From: Parachlamydiales bacterium
GTDB taxonomy: Bacteria; Chlamydiota; Chlamydiia; Chlamydiales; JABDDJ01
Assembly: GCA_041671045.1 (NCBI GenBank)
Contig: JBAZCF010000004.1
Coordinates: forward strand, 129,540 to 193,539
DNA length: 64,000 nucleotides
Direction: 5' to 3'
Below are positions 17,223 to 26,170 of the stretch, piece after piece. Position 1 is the stretch's first letter. Each line of letters starts with the position of its first letter. The position numbers were made by a program, and so were the translations under genes. Under the pieces are notes generated by a model. That model searched no databases. It was not told the DNA's origin and saw only the letters and a list, made by a program, of their open reading frames with translations.

Positions 17223-19430
17223 ATGCGTTTTATCATTCGTTTATTGCTCGTATTAATAACAACTTTTTCTTTAAGCACCGGGGCTCTGGCCGCGATGGAT
17301 AAAGAAGATTGGCTAGATATGATGGGCGGCGGCTCTTCTGTGGAAGCCGTAATGAAGATTGAACAAAAAGCAGTGCAGCCAGGTAGTAATTTTACCGTAG
17401 CCATCGCCTTCGATGTCCAAGATCCCTGGCATTGTTATTGGCAGAATCCCGGCGATGTGGGCATGGGAGCGCAGCTCCAATGGATCCTTCCCCCAGGATA
17501 TACTGTCACAGAAGTCACCTGGCCAACCCCTGACCGCTTCGAAACAGAAGGCCAAATAGGGTTTGGTTACGCTAAACCATTCGCACTTCTCGCAGAAATC
17601 AATGTTCCCGACACAGTAAAAGCAGGCGATGTCAGCGCCATCACAGCTGAAGTGCAGTGGGTTGCATGCTCAGACCAGATGTGCCTGCCCGGATCAGCTA
17701 CGCTGACCCAAGAAATTACTGTGGCGCCTACGACTCAAGTAGCGTCCCTTCACAAAGACTTTTTTGCCGACGCTCGCCAAGCCCTGCCTAAAAAGATCAG
17801 CGCTGCCCGCGCCGTCTATCAAAATGGCTTGTTGGCTCTACAGATTGACACAGATGCGCAAAATGCCACAAAAATTGAATTCTTCTCTCAAGATCAGCAG
17901 GTCGTCGACCATAAACAGCCTCTGCAGATTCTTAACCAGAACAAAAATGTTGCTATCGCTTTGCCTACATACGCGCAATATGAAGCAAAACCTCTGCGCG
18001 GCGTCATCGTCGTTCACGGGCCGGAAGGCAAAAAAGGCTATTCTATCGATGCGCCTGTCGATGCCAAAGGAAGTCCTGAACTTCTGGCTATGCTTGAAGC
18101 TCAAAATCCTCCCATGAAACTTCCGGAAATGACTTCCGAATTGGATGAGTTCCATTTCGCCGGCGGCTTCCTGCTTGCTTTGGCCATGGCTTTCTTGGGC
18201 GGGATGATCCTTAACTTGATGCCATGCGTTCTTCCTGTCATCTCCTTCAAAATCCTAAGCTTTGTAAGGATGTCAGGACAAGACCGCAGCACAATCCTGA
18301 AACATGGATTGTCTTTTGCTGCAGGCGTATTAATCTCTTTCTGGGTCCTTGCGTCTCTATTGATGATCCTGCAAGCCTACGGCCGTACTGTGGGCTGGGG
18401 ATTCCAGCTGCAAGAACCTCTTTTCGTAGGAATCTTAGCTGCAGTCATGCTTGTTTTCGGTCTCAGCATGTTCGGTGTTTTCGAATTCGGCGCCTTCTTT
18501 GCTGCCTGGGTCGGCAACCGCTCCGCTGCTCCTGCTGAAAAACAGGAAAGCATGCTAGCCTCTTTCAGCAATGGTATCCTCGCGACTGCAGTAGCTACTC
18601 CCTGCACCGGACCTTTCTTAGGATCTGCTGTAGGTTATGCCGTGACTTTGCCGCCCGCAGAATCCCTCCTTATCTTTACGTTCCTCGGCTTGGGAATGGC
18701 TTTCCCTTACCTACTGCTAGCTGCTTTCCCCAGCATGCTGCGCTACCTCCCCAAACCCGGTGCCTGGATGGACTCTTTTAAGGAGTTCATGGGCTTTGTT
18801 ATGCTAGGCTCCGTCCTCTGGCTTGTCTGGGTCTTCGGCTTCCAAACGGACATGGTATCCCAATCGATGCTGCTGATCGGCCTATTCATTTTATCTCTAG
18901 CATGCTGGATCTATGGACGCTGGAGCGCCCCGCACCGCAGCAAACGAACACGCATGCTCAGCATGGTCTTAGCCTTGATTCTCGTAGGATTTGGCGGCCA
19001 GTGCATTTTATCCGCCGGTAAAACATCCGATGAGACACCTGCCGTAGCTTCTGCTGTCCACGCCGGTGGCTGGGAAAACTTCGACCCTGATCGTATCGCA
19101 GCTTTACAAGCGCAAGGTGTTCCCGTCTTTGTGGATTTCACCGCCAAATGGTGCCTGATCTGCCAGACCAACCACCTAGTGCTAAGCACCCAAGAAGTAA
19201 ACCAAAAAATGATGGAGCAAGGCGTTGTCAAAATGAAAGCAGATTGGACTAAATCCGATCCTGTCATCACGCAATACCTGAAAAAATTCGGCCGCAGCGG
19301 TGTTCCTCTTTATATCTTGTATAATGGGAGACCTGGGGATAAACCCGAGATCCTACCCCAAGTTCTAACACAAGACTCTGTACTGAATTCTTTGGAACGC
19401 TTGCCCGTTCCGGTAGCACAGGTACGCTAA
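17223..19430 (+). CDS. dsbD: Thiol:disulfide interchange protein DsbD
   Basis: N-terminal DsbD-alpha domain with Cys contexts WHCYWQNPG and CSDQMCLPG. CcdA-like membrane core with LMPCVLPV and ATPCTGPF. C-terminal thioredoxin WCLICQ. ATG 17223 (MRFIIRLLLVL, signal-like) follows AGAGG; the ORF opens at 17154. Confidence 0.9.
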   Translation: MRFIIRLLLVLITTFSLSTGALAAMDKEDWLDMMGGGSSVEAVMKIEQKAVQPGSNFTVAIAFDVQDPWHCYWQNPGDVGMGAQLQWILPPGYTVTEVTWPTPDRFETEGQIGFGYAKPFALLAEINVPDTVKAGDVSAITAEVQWVACSDQMCLPGSATLTQEITVAPTTQVASLHKDFFADARQALPKKISAARAVYQNGLLALQIDTDAQNATKIEFFSQDQQVVDHKQPLQILNQNKNVAIALPTYAQYEAKPLRGVIVVHGPEGKKGYSIDAPVDAKGSPELLAMLEAQNPPMKLPEMTSELDEFHFAGGFLLALAMAFLGGMILNLMPCVLPVISFKILSFVRMSGQDRSTILKHGLSFAAGVLISFWVLASLLMILQAYGRTVGWGFQLQEPLFVGILAAVMLVFGLSMFGVFEFGAFFAAWVGNRSAAPAEKQESMLASFSNGILATAVATPCTGPFLGSAVGYAVTLPPAESLLIFTFLGLGMAFPYLLLAAFPSMLRYLPKPGAWMDSFKEFMGFVMLGSVLWLVWVFGFQTDMVSQSMLLIGLFILSLACWIYGRWSAPHRSKRTRMLSMVLALILVGFGGQCILSAGKTSDETPAVASAVHAGGWENFDPDRIAALQAQGVPVFVDFTAKWCLICQTNHLVLSTQEVNQKMMEQGVVKMKADWTKSDPVITQYLKKFGRSGVPLYILYNGRPGDKPEILPQVLTQDSVLNSLERLPVPVAQVR

Positions 19431-20207
19431 ATGCTGATAGACTCCCACGCCCATATCACTTCTGCCGCATGTCTTCCCGATGCGGACGCTTTGATCGCTG
19501 CTGCACAAGCTGCCGGCGTGGGCTCTATCGTAAATATTTGTACCGACGCCGCATCCATGGCTGCAGGGGTAGACCTGCGACGACGCTATCCTCAAGTTTT
19601 TAATGCAGGGGCAACAACTCCTCACGACGTGGAAAAGGAAGGGGAGGAGTGCTTTGAACTTTTCGCCTCCCATGCCCGCAACGGAGATCTCGTTGCCGTA
19701 GGCGAAACCGGACTAGACTACTACTACGAACACTCTCCACGTGTGCTACAACAAGAGTTTTTAGTGCGCTATCTAAAACTAGCATTAGAATGCCGCCTGC
19801 CCGTGGTTATCCACTGCCGCGACGCTTTTTCAGATTTTTTCCGCTTTCTCGATGCCCACTACACCGTGAATGGCCAGCACGCCCCCGGTGTTCTCCACTG
19901 CTTCACTGGCGACGAAAAGGAAGCCAAAGAAGTGGTTTCCCGTGGCTGGTTTCTCTCCCTCAGCGGCATCGTTACCTATAAAAAAAGCGCAATCCTAAAG
20001 GATGTGGCCAAAGCCGTCCCTTTAGATAATCTCCTTATCGAAACAGACTCTCCCTATCTCGCTCCCGAATCAAAACGGGGCAGAAAAAATCAACCGGCGT
20101 ATATTATAGAAACTGCCCAAGTCATCGCCGACTTGAAGGGAATACCTTTTGAAACCGTAGCCGCCGCAACGGCAGAAAACGCCCGACGTCTTTTTTCGTT
20201 GCGCTAA
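19431..20207 (+). CDS. tatD: TatD family metal-dependent hydrolase/DNase
   Basis: Motifs MLIDSHAHI, GETGLDYYY, VVIHCRDA and ETDSPYLAP. The ATG directly abuts the dsbD stop (TAAATG). Confidence 0.9.
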   Translation: MLIDSHAHITSAACLPDADALIAAAQAAGVGSIVNICTDAASMAAGVDLRRRYPQVFNAGATTPHDVEKEGEECFELFASHARNGDLVAVGETGLDYYYEHSPRVLQQEFLVRYLKLALECRLPVVIHCRDAFSDFFRFLDAHYTVNGQHAPGVLHCFTGDEKEAKEVVSRGWFLSLSGIVTYKKSAILKDVAKAVPLDNLLIETDSPYLAPESKRGRKNQPAYIIETAQVIADLKGIPFETVAAATAENARRLFSLR

Positions 20208-20271
20208 TCAGTTGCTATGGATATTGAATACTGTTTTGATGTATATTTGTAGTGTGAGTTAAGAGGAATTC

Positions 20272-21258
20272 ATGGAACACGAGCGTCGTGCTTTATATAC
20301 ATCCCTGCGCCTGAATTGGCTGCGGGATCCCACTGTCCCTGTTGAGGATTGGCAAGTGGAAGACTATCGAGAAATGCCGTTTTCTGTCTTATTTGAAAGA
20401 CTTAAAACGAATGGCATCCTGCTAGATCGCATTTCTTTTCTAGCCTATGCCGAACAACACGACTCGCCTGAGGAACTCTGCGACGAAATCCTATCCGAAC
20501 GTCGGGTCGAAAGCAAAACCTATGACCAAATCTACCTCATCGTCTTCGAACTTTGGCGACGCCTTATCACAGATAAGCCCTGCCTCTCCCTCTTTTGCGA
20601 CGAAGTAGACCACCAGATTTATATCTACGACGAAGGCGATATCGATAATAGCGAACAAATACAAGATATCATCGCTAACCTCCAAATCATCCTCGAAGAA
20701 AACGCCGACCAAGGCGCCGACCCCATCACCGTCTTCGAATATGTTTCCGCCGGCTGCGCTCACGACATCGAAAGCTTCCTCCTCGACTACATCGCCGACC
20801 TCATCGATAACGCTAACTTTACCTACGCTGCCGAAATCATCGAAGGTTTCTCCGAATACATCTCCGAACACAAATGGTTCAACCTCCAAAAAATTCGCCT
20901 CATCGCACAGAATGAACCCCGCACCGCCAACCGCCTCATCGCTCAACTTCTCGATGACCAACAAGAGGACGAAGATAAACTCGACTTCTTCCTCGAAGTC
21001 CTACATTTCCTCGCCACCGAAGGCGACGCCTCCCTCTTCAAAGATGTTCTTGTCAGAGTCCTCCCTCTCCTAGAATCAGAAGAGGATTTCCAAGACCTCC
21101 TCGATATCTGTCTCGAATTTCACCAAAATCGCGACAATGACGGTAAAGTCAACGCCCTCCAAACTTTACAAGCTAATCGCCGCATAAAAGATGCATCCGC
21201 ACCCCTAGATCCTAGCGACAATGCACTCTCAAGGCTCCGCCAATTAATGACGAATTGA
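20272..21258 (+). CDS. Hypothetical highly acidic protein
   Basis: 328-aa ORF, very Asp/Glu-rich, with no TM or signal peptide. Strong NNC/NNA codon signature shared with the next two genes. AGAGGA 8 nt upstream of the ATG. Family not recognised. Confidence 0.6.
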   Translation: MEHERRALYTSLRLNWLRDPTVPVEDWQVEDYREMPFSVLFERLKTNGILLDRISFLAYAEQHDSPEELCDEILSERRVESKTYDQIYLIVFELWRRLITDKPCLSLFCDEVDHQIYIYDEGDIDNSEQIQDIIANLQIILEENADQGADPITVFEYVSAGCAHDIESFLLDYIADLIDNANFTYAAEIIEGFSEYISEHKWFNLQKIRLIAQNEPRTANRLIAQLLDDQQEDEDKLDFFLEVLHFLATEGDASLFKDVLVRVLPLLESEEDFQDLLDICLEFHQNRDNDGKVNALQTLQANRRIKDASAPLDPSDNALSRLRQLMTN

Positions 21259-21459
21259 AATTCCACATTATTGAATCGCAAATATCCAAAACCCATAGGT
21301 TTGCGAATTAATGCCCCGCCCTATCTTGACTTTTAAGCGCAAAAGATAGATACCAAAGGCGTTTTTCTACAACTTGTGGTAGCAGCGATCCTAAAAACTA
21401 CAACATCTTGTAAGACTCACACACTCACACACAACAAAAACTTTATAAGGAACATCACC

Positions 21460-23472
21460 ATGACTAAACCCACACCACGTGCCATGGCAACATCGCTGCG
21501 CACCTACCACCGCCCCGTTGTAGAAGGTGGAACCATGCTTGAAAGCTGGAACCAAGTCGTGGACCGCGTAGTAGAACACCAACGCTGGCTGTGGGAACGC
21601 GCCCTCAACCGCCCACTCAATGACAGGGAAGACCACGAACTAGAAGAAATCCGCAGCCTCATCGTTGACCGCTACCTAGCCCCCTCCGGACGCACTCTCT
21701 GGCTCGGCGGTACCGAACTTAGCCGCACTCGCGAATCATGCATGTTCAACTGCTCATACACTCACGTCGAAACCGTATACGACCTCGTCGACGTTCTCTG
21801 GCTCCTCCTACAAGGCTGCGGCGTCGGCTTCAGACCTATCACCGGTACTCTCAACGGTTTCCGCCGCCCTCTGCAAGATATCATTGTCATCCGCTCACAA
21901 CGCACTGAAAAAGGCGGCGTCCCTCACAACGTCGAAACCTACAATCCTCAAACTCACGAATGGCGTATCAAAGTGGGCGACTCCGCTGTCGCCTGGGCCA
22001 AAGCCATCGGTAAACTGGTCGCCGGAAAATTCCCCGCCCGTTCCCTCATCCTCGACTTCTCCGAAATACGTCCCGCCGGCACTCGCCTAAAAGGCTACGG
22101 ATGGATCTCCTCCGGTGATGAACAAATCGCCATCGCCTTCAAAGCCATCGCCAAAATCCTCTCCGACCGCTCCGACCAACTCCTCACCCGCATGGATATC
22201 CTCGATATCGTCAACTGGCTCGGCACCATCCTATCCAGCCGCCGCTCCGCTCAAATCGCCCTCTTCGAATACGGCGTTCCCGAATGGCAAGACTTCGCCT
22301 CCGCCAAAAAAGAATGGTGGCTCCGCGATAAGGCCCATAGACAACAATCCAACAACAGCCTCCTCTTCCGCCGCAAACCCACTCGCCGCGAACTGGAAGA
22401 AATGTTCCAAATGATGCTCGATGCCGGCGGCTCCGAACCCGGCATGATCAACGCCGTCGAAGCTGAAAGACGCGCCCCCTGGTTCCAAGGTGTTAACCCC
22501 TGCTGCGAAATCCTCCTCGGCAACAAAAGCTTCTGCAACCTAACCGAAGTCAATGTCCTCGCCTTCAAAGGCGATAAAATCGGCCTCGAACGCGCCCTAT
22601 ACCTCGCCGGTAGAATGAACTACAGACAAACTATGGTAGACCTACGCGACGAAATCCTCCAAGAAGCCTGGCACCTCAATAACTCCTTCCTACACCTCTG
22701 CGGCGTTGGCCTCACCGGTATCCGCGCTCGACCAGATCTCACCGCCTACGACTTCAAAAGGATGCGCAACATCACCGTCAGCGCCGCCTACAGCATGGCC
22801 TACGAACTGGATTCTCCTCTTCCCAAAAACGTCACCTGCGTGAAACCCAGCGGTACCCTAAGCAAAATTATGGCCACCGACCTGTGGGGTGAAGTTCCTG
22901 AAGGCGTTCACATGCCTCTCGGACGCTATATTTTCAATAATATCACCTTCTCACGCCACGATCCCCTCGTCGCACGCTTCCGCGCCGCCGGATACGAAAT
23001 TGCCGATAAACCCTACGAACCAGAATCCGTACTCGTAAAATTCCCCGTCCGCTACGACAACGTCCCCTTCTCCCGCAAAACCGTCACCCGCAAAAACGGC
23101 GCCGTAGAAGAAGTAGACATCAATGGCGATAGCGCCGTAGAACAACTCGAATGGTACAAAACTCTCCAAGAAACATGGTGCGAACAAAACGTTTCCAATA
23201 CCATCTCCTACGACCCCTCCGAAATCCCTGCCATCATCGACTGGCTAATTCACAACTGGGACTGCTACGTCGGCGTCTCCTTCCTCTTCCGCAATGACCC
23301 CACAAAAAATGCCGAAGACCTCGGGTACGCCTACCTCCCTCAAGAGGTAACCACTCAAGAAGCCTTCGAAGCCTACACCTCTAAACTCAGAGACGTAGAC
23401 TACTCCGGCATCGAAATGCGCGACGAACTCCTCATGGAATCCTGCCCCACCGGCGCCTGCCCCATCCGCTAA
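21460..23472 (+). CDS. rtpR: Class II (adenosylcobalamin-dependent) ribonucleotide reductase, monomeric RTPR type
   Basis: Collinear blocks match my recollection of the Lactobacillus leichmannii RTPR. APSGRTLWLGGT matches TPSGRNLWISGT. LQGCGVGF matches MKGGGVGF. ILDFSEIRPAGTRLKGYGWISSG matches ILDLSDIRPYGAEIHGFGGTASG. The N-x-C-x-E active site NPCCEILLGNKSFCNL matches NPCGEISLANGEPCNL. CVKPSGT is present, and the C-terminal redox tail CPTGACPIR matches CEGGACPIK. ATG 21460 is preferred; the ORF opens at GTG 21376. Confidence 0.85.
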   Translation: MTKPTPRAMATSLRTYHRPVVEGGTMLESWNQVVDRVVEHQRWLWERALNRPLNDREDHELEEIRSLIVDRYLAPSGRTLWLGGTELSRTRESCMFNCSYTHVETVYDLVDVLWLLLQGCGVGFRPITGTLNGFRRPLQDIIVIRSQRTEKGGVPHNVETYNPQTHEWRIKVGDSAVAWAKAIGKLVAGKFPARSLILDFSEIRPAGTRLKGYGWISSGDEQIAIAFKAIAKILSDRSDQLLTRMDILDIVNWLGTILSSRRSAQIALFEYGVPEWQDFASAKKEWWLRDKAHRQQSNNSLLFRRKPTRRELEEMFQMMLDAGGSEPGMINAVEAERRAPWFQGVNPCCEILLGNKSFCNLTEVNVLAFKGDKIGLERALYLAGRMNYRQTMVDLRDEILQEAWHLNNSFLHLCGVGLTGIRARPDLTAYDFKRMRNITVSAAYSMAYELDSPLPKNVTCVKPSGTLSKIMATDLWGEVPEGVHMPLGRYIFNNITFSRHDPLVARFRAAGYEIADKPYEPESVLVKFPVRYDNVPFSRKTVTRKNGAVEEVDINGDSAVEQLEWYKTLQETWCEQNVSNTISYDPSEIPAIIDWLIHNWDCYVGVSFLFRNDPTKNAEDLGYAYLPQEVTTQEAFEAYTSKLRDVDYSGIEMRDELLMESCPTGACPIR

Positions 23473-23925
23473 GGGGCTCTGCCCCTTAGAACCCCGCCAG
23501 GGGGGATAAAATCCCCCCTGGCACCCCCCCCATCTTCATTTCCCTCAGGGGCTTCGCCCCTAACCCCACAAAAGGACTGGCGTCCTTTTGAATCCGCATA
23601 TAATATCTCTGACTATAAAAACGTTCCCTAGTATAGGAGTGCTGCGACTTGTCGCAGCTTTGTTAGTCCTTGATAATTCAAAGACCCATAAATAGATTAA
23701 TAATTTTAGATATTTGCTTTTTAATGGGTTCCTAGATGTTATTTCCCAAATAAAAAATATAAGTAATAAAACTAAGCTAAGGTACGAGCAGGCATATAAA
23801 AAATATAAATAATAAAATTGAGCTAAGGTCCGAGTCGGCACGCTCGTTTGCTGCCCGAAGGGAGGAAAGCGGTTTCCAAAGGGCTTTGCTCTTTGGTGGG
23901 GGTTCTAGGGGGCAATGCCCCCTAG
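23471..23925. repeat. Cluster of seven short GC-rich palindromic hairpins in a convergent intergenic region
   Basis: Hairpins:
- AAGGGGC-TCT-GCCCCTT (23471-23487)
- CCAGGGGGGAT-AAA-ATCCCCCCTGG (23497-23521)
- AGGGGC-TTC-GCCCCT (23547-23561)
- CAAAAGGAC-TGGC-GTCCTTTTG (23569-23590)
- GCTGCGAC-TT-GTCGCAGC (23641-23658)
- CCAAAG-N9-CTTTGG (23876-23896)
- CTAGGGGGC-AAT-GCCCCCTAG (23905-23925). Confidence 0.75.
23750..23840. repeat. Two tandem copies of a ~46-bp direct repeat
   Basis: ATAAAAAATATAAGTAATAAAACTAAGCTAAGGTACGAGCAGGCA (23750-23794) and ATAAAAAATATAAATAATAAAATTGAGCTAAGGTCCGAGTCGGCA (23796-23840). A handful of mismatches by eye. Confidence 0.8.
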
Positions 23926-24675
23926 AAGAATGGGGTCGAAGTTGAGGTAGTCGGCGGCGGTGAGGATGTATTGGACGTTGTTGCGGGTACCGAAGAGGGG
24001 GTCGTGGGTGTGGACGACATTATGGAGGTGACCGAAGACGCAGACGTTGACGTTATATTCTTCAAGGATTTCGGAGGCGCGGGAGGGTTTTAGGTCGGCG
24101 CTGATGGGAGGGTAGTGTGTCATGGCGATGCGGTAGTCGGCTTTTTGGTCTAGCGTTTTGAGGCTTGTTTCGAGGCGGATGAGTTCACGTTCGAAGATTT
24201 TATCGCGTTGTGAGGGGTCGTCGGGTTTTTCTTGGTAGGTGAGTTTGTTGGATGCGGGGTTTTCGTTATAGGGGATATACTTGTTGAAGTTGTATTCCCA
24301 GCTATCCCAGAGTCTGCTTCCGCCGATGCATACATTTTTCCAGTAGAAGATATTGTTTTGTATGACATGCAGGGAGGGGGGAAGGATTTGTGCAACTTGT
24401 TTGAGGGAGGACCACCAGTAGTCGTGGTTACCGCGTAGGAGGACTTTGGTGCCGGGGAGTTTATCGATCCAGTCGAGGTCTGGTTTAGCTTCTTCCAGCT
24501 TTAGGCCCCAGGAGATATCACCGGGGATGAGGACAAGGTCGTCTTCAGTGATTTTTGCGCGCCAGTTGGCTTCGATTTTATTGTAGTGTTCTTTCCAGTT
24601 TGCGCCAAAGATATCCATTTCTTTGTTAGGAACGCCGAAAGATAGGTGTAGGTCGGCTATAGCCCAGACTGCCAT
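23905..24675 (-). CDS. Calcineurin-like metallophosphoesterase
   Basis: Motif series ADLHL (DxH), PGDISWG (GD), RGNHDYWW (GNHD), MTHYPP and FGHLH (GHxH). The last 7 codons form one of the palindromes (23905-23925). Confidence 0.8.
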   Translation of the reverse strand: MAVWAIADLHLSFGVPNKEMDIFGANWKEHYNKIEANWRAKITEDDLVLIPGDISWGLKLEEAKPDLDWIDKLPGTKVLLRGNHDYWWSSLKQVAQILPPSLHVIQNNIFYWKNVCIGGSRLWDSWEYNFNKYIPYNENPASNKLTYQEKPDDPSQRDKIFERELIRLETSLKTLDQKADYRIAMTHYPPISADLKPSRASEILEEYNVNVCVFGHLHNVVHTHDPLFGTRNNVQYILTAADYLNFDPILLGGIAP

Positions 24676-24684
24676 AAGTTTTCT

Positions 24685-26022
24685 CTAGAGTGTATATCCA
24701 TCCGGCAGCGTTGATCCGCGTGCTACGATGATGATGCCGTCGCGGATGTAGACATGTTCGCTGTCGTAATGAGTTAAGTTATCTTTATTGATGAGTTTAA
24801 CATCATTGCCAATGCTGACATCTTTGTCGATGATAGTTTTCTTGATGACGCAATTTTTGCCAATATGAAGTTTTTCCGGGAAACGGTTGGTGAGGGGTGG
24901 TTGGTAGAAATCATTTCCCATGAGGTAGCTGTGTTTTACGATGGTGCCGGCGCCGATGATTTGTCTTGGTCCGATGATGCTATGTGTGATTTCTTTTGCT
25001 TCGATGTCGCATCCGTCGCAGATGATGGAGTGTTTGACTTGTGTGTTGTTGATGCGTGATCCGGGGAGTTTTGTGGGGGCGCAGATGAGGGGGGAGTTCT
25101 CATTGTAGTAGTTGAAAACGGGTTCAGGATACGTTAATGCGATGTTAGCTTCATAGAAAGAGCGTATTGTGCCGATATCTTCCCAGAAACCGTTGTGAAT
25201 GTAAGCATAGGTATTGCCTTTAGCGATTTGAACTGGGATGAGGTGTTTACCGAAGTCTTCGCGGCTTTCTTCTTCTAGGAGTTTAATGAGGGCTTCGCGT
25301 TTAAATAGGTAGATTCCCATTGAGCCTAAAAAGGGAGTTTTGGAGGAGGAGTGGGGGGATAGGTGTTTGCGTTGAGTGGAGTTGATTTTAAGGGTGTCTA
25401 AAATTTCTTTCTGCTGTGGTTTCTCCACAAATTGTTGAATTTGGTGTTGGGGATTAATTTTCATAATACCCATACGTTTAGCATCTTCCTCATTGACTAG
25501 GAGGCTTGAGACAACTAAGTCGGCATCTGTTTTGTGGGCGAAGGCAACAAGGGGAGTGAAGTCCATTGAATAGATTTGGTCGCCGGAAAGGATAAGATAG
25601 TAGTCGACAGAAGCTTCGGTGAGATAGTCCATGTTGAGGCGTACCGCATCTGCAGTGCCGGCGTACCACGTATGATTGGTAGGACGTTGTTCAGCGGTAA
25701 GAATATCTACATAGGAGTCATTGAAAATATTGTTTCCGGTATAAGTTCTGCAGATGTGTTTGTGTAGGGATGTCGATAAAAACTGAGTGATGACATAGAT
25801 TTTAGAACATGCAGAATGTATTGCATTGGAGATAGCAATATCGATTAAACGGTATTTTCCGGCAAAGCTGATTGCTGGTTTGCAGCGTGAGTCTGTCAAA
25901 GGATAGAGACGTGTACCTTGCCCGCCGCCCAAAATAACGACCCCCACCTTATTCATATCTACATAGGAATTCTTAGGGGGAGTTTTAGAGGAAATTTTGG
26001 GTTTTAAGAGTTCAGTATCCAT
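24685..26022 (-). CDS. glgC: Glucose-1-phosphate adenylyltransferase
   Basis: Motifs GGGQGTRLYPLT, KPAISFAGKYRLIDI and LILSGDQIY, plus a C-terminal left-handed beta-helix-like hexapeptide region. 445 aa. Confidence 0.9.
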   Translation of the reverse strand: MDTELLKPKISSKTPPKNSYVDMNKVGVVILGGGQGTRLYPLTDSRCKPAISFAGKYRLIDIAISNAIHSACSKIYVITQFLSTSLHKHICRTYTGNNIFNDSYVDILTAEQRPTNHTWYAGTADAVRLNMDYLTEASVDYYLILSGDQIYSMDFTPLVAFAHKTDADLVVSSLLVNEEDAKRMGIMKINPQHQIQQFVEKPQQKEILDTLKINSTQRKHLSPHSSSKTPFLGSMGIYLFKREALIKLLEEESREDFGKHLIPVQIAKGNTYAYIHNGFWEDIGTIRSFYEANIALTYPEPVFNYYNENSPLICAPTKLPGSRINNTQVKHSIICDGCDIEAKEITHSIIGPRQIIGAGTIVKHSYLMGNDFYQPPLTNRFPEKLHIGKNCVIKKTIIDKDVSIGNDVKLINKDNLTHYDSEHVYIRDGIIIVARGSTLPDGYTL

Positions 26023-26106
26023 TTTTCACCTAGGAATCGACTTATCCGTAAGAGTAAAGGATAACTTTAATTTTAGCAAGCATGCTAAATTAAATATTTT
26101 AAATGT

Positions 26107-26135
26107 TTGATTTTAATTATAGATGTTAATATAAT
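26107..26135 (+). promoter_or_regulatory. Candidate promoter (TTGATT-N17-TATAAT) for the 26171 gene
   Basis: TTGATT 26107-26112, 17-nt spacer, TATAAT 26130-26135, then 35 nt to ATG 26171. AT-rich context. Confidence 0.35.
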
Positions 26136-26170
26136 TATTTTATTAATTTGTTAATTATGGTTTTACAAAA

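Noticed and set aside
21259-21459. A possible cobalamin riboswitch in the ~200-nt leader of the B12-dependent RNR gene.
   Set aside because: I could not find a B12-box-like core (…GCCACTG…) or the expected multi-helix pattern. Only a CA-rich tract and a short imperfect hairpin (AATCGCAAA…TTTGCGAATT) just after the upstream stop are visible. A covariance-model scan would be needed to exclude it formally.
20491-22568. Numerous 60-160-aa ORFs in the track on both strands over the acidic-protein and RTPR genes (for example 20491-20964 -, 20741-21073 +, 21884-22090 +, 22115-22414 +, 22231-22568 -).
   Set aside because: They lie entirely inside, or antisense to, strongly supported CDSs. Their translations are low-complexity (Pro/Ser/Ala/Gly-rich). 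They are the expected by-product of the stop-codon-poor, C-rich codon usage of this island.
23560-23841. A 93-aa minus-strand ORF in the RTPR/phosphoesterase intergenic region.
   Set aside because: It is built from the A/T-rich 46-bp tandem repeats and the palindromes, and its translation is repetitive and hydrophobic (…YYLYFLYACSYLSLVLLLIFFIW…). It is more likely non-coding repeat DNA, although a small membrane peptide cannot be excluded.
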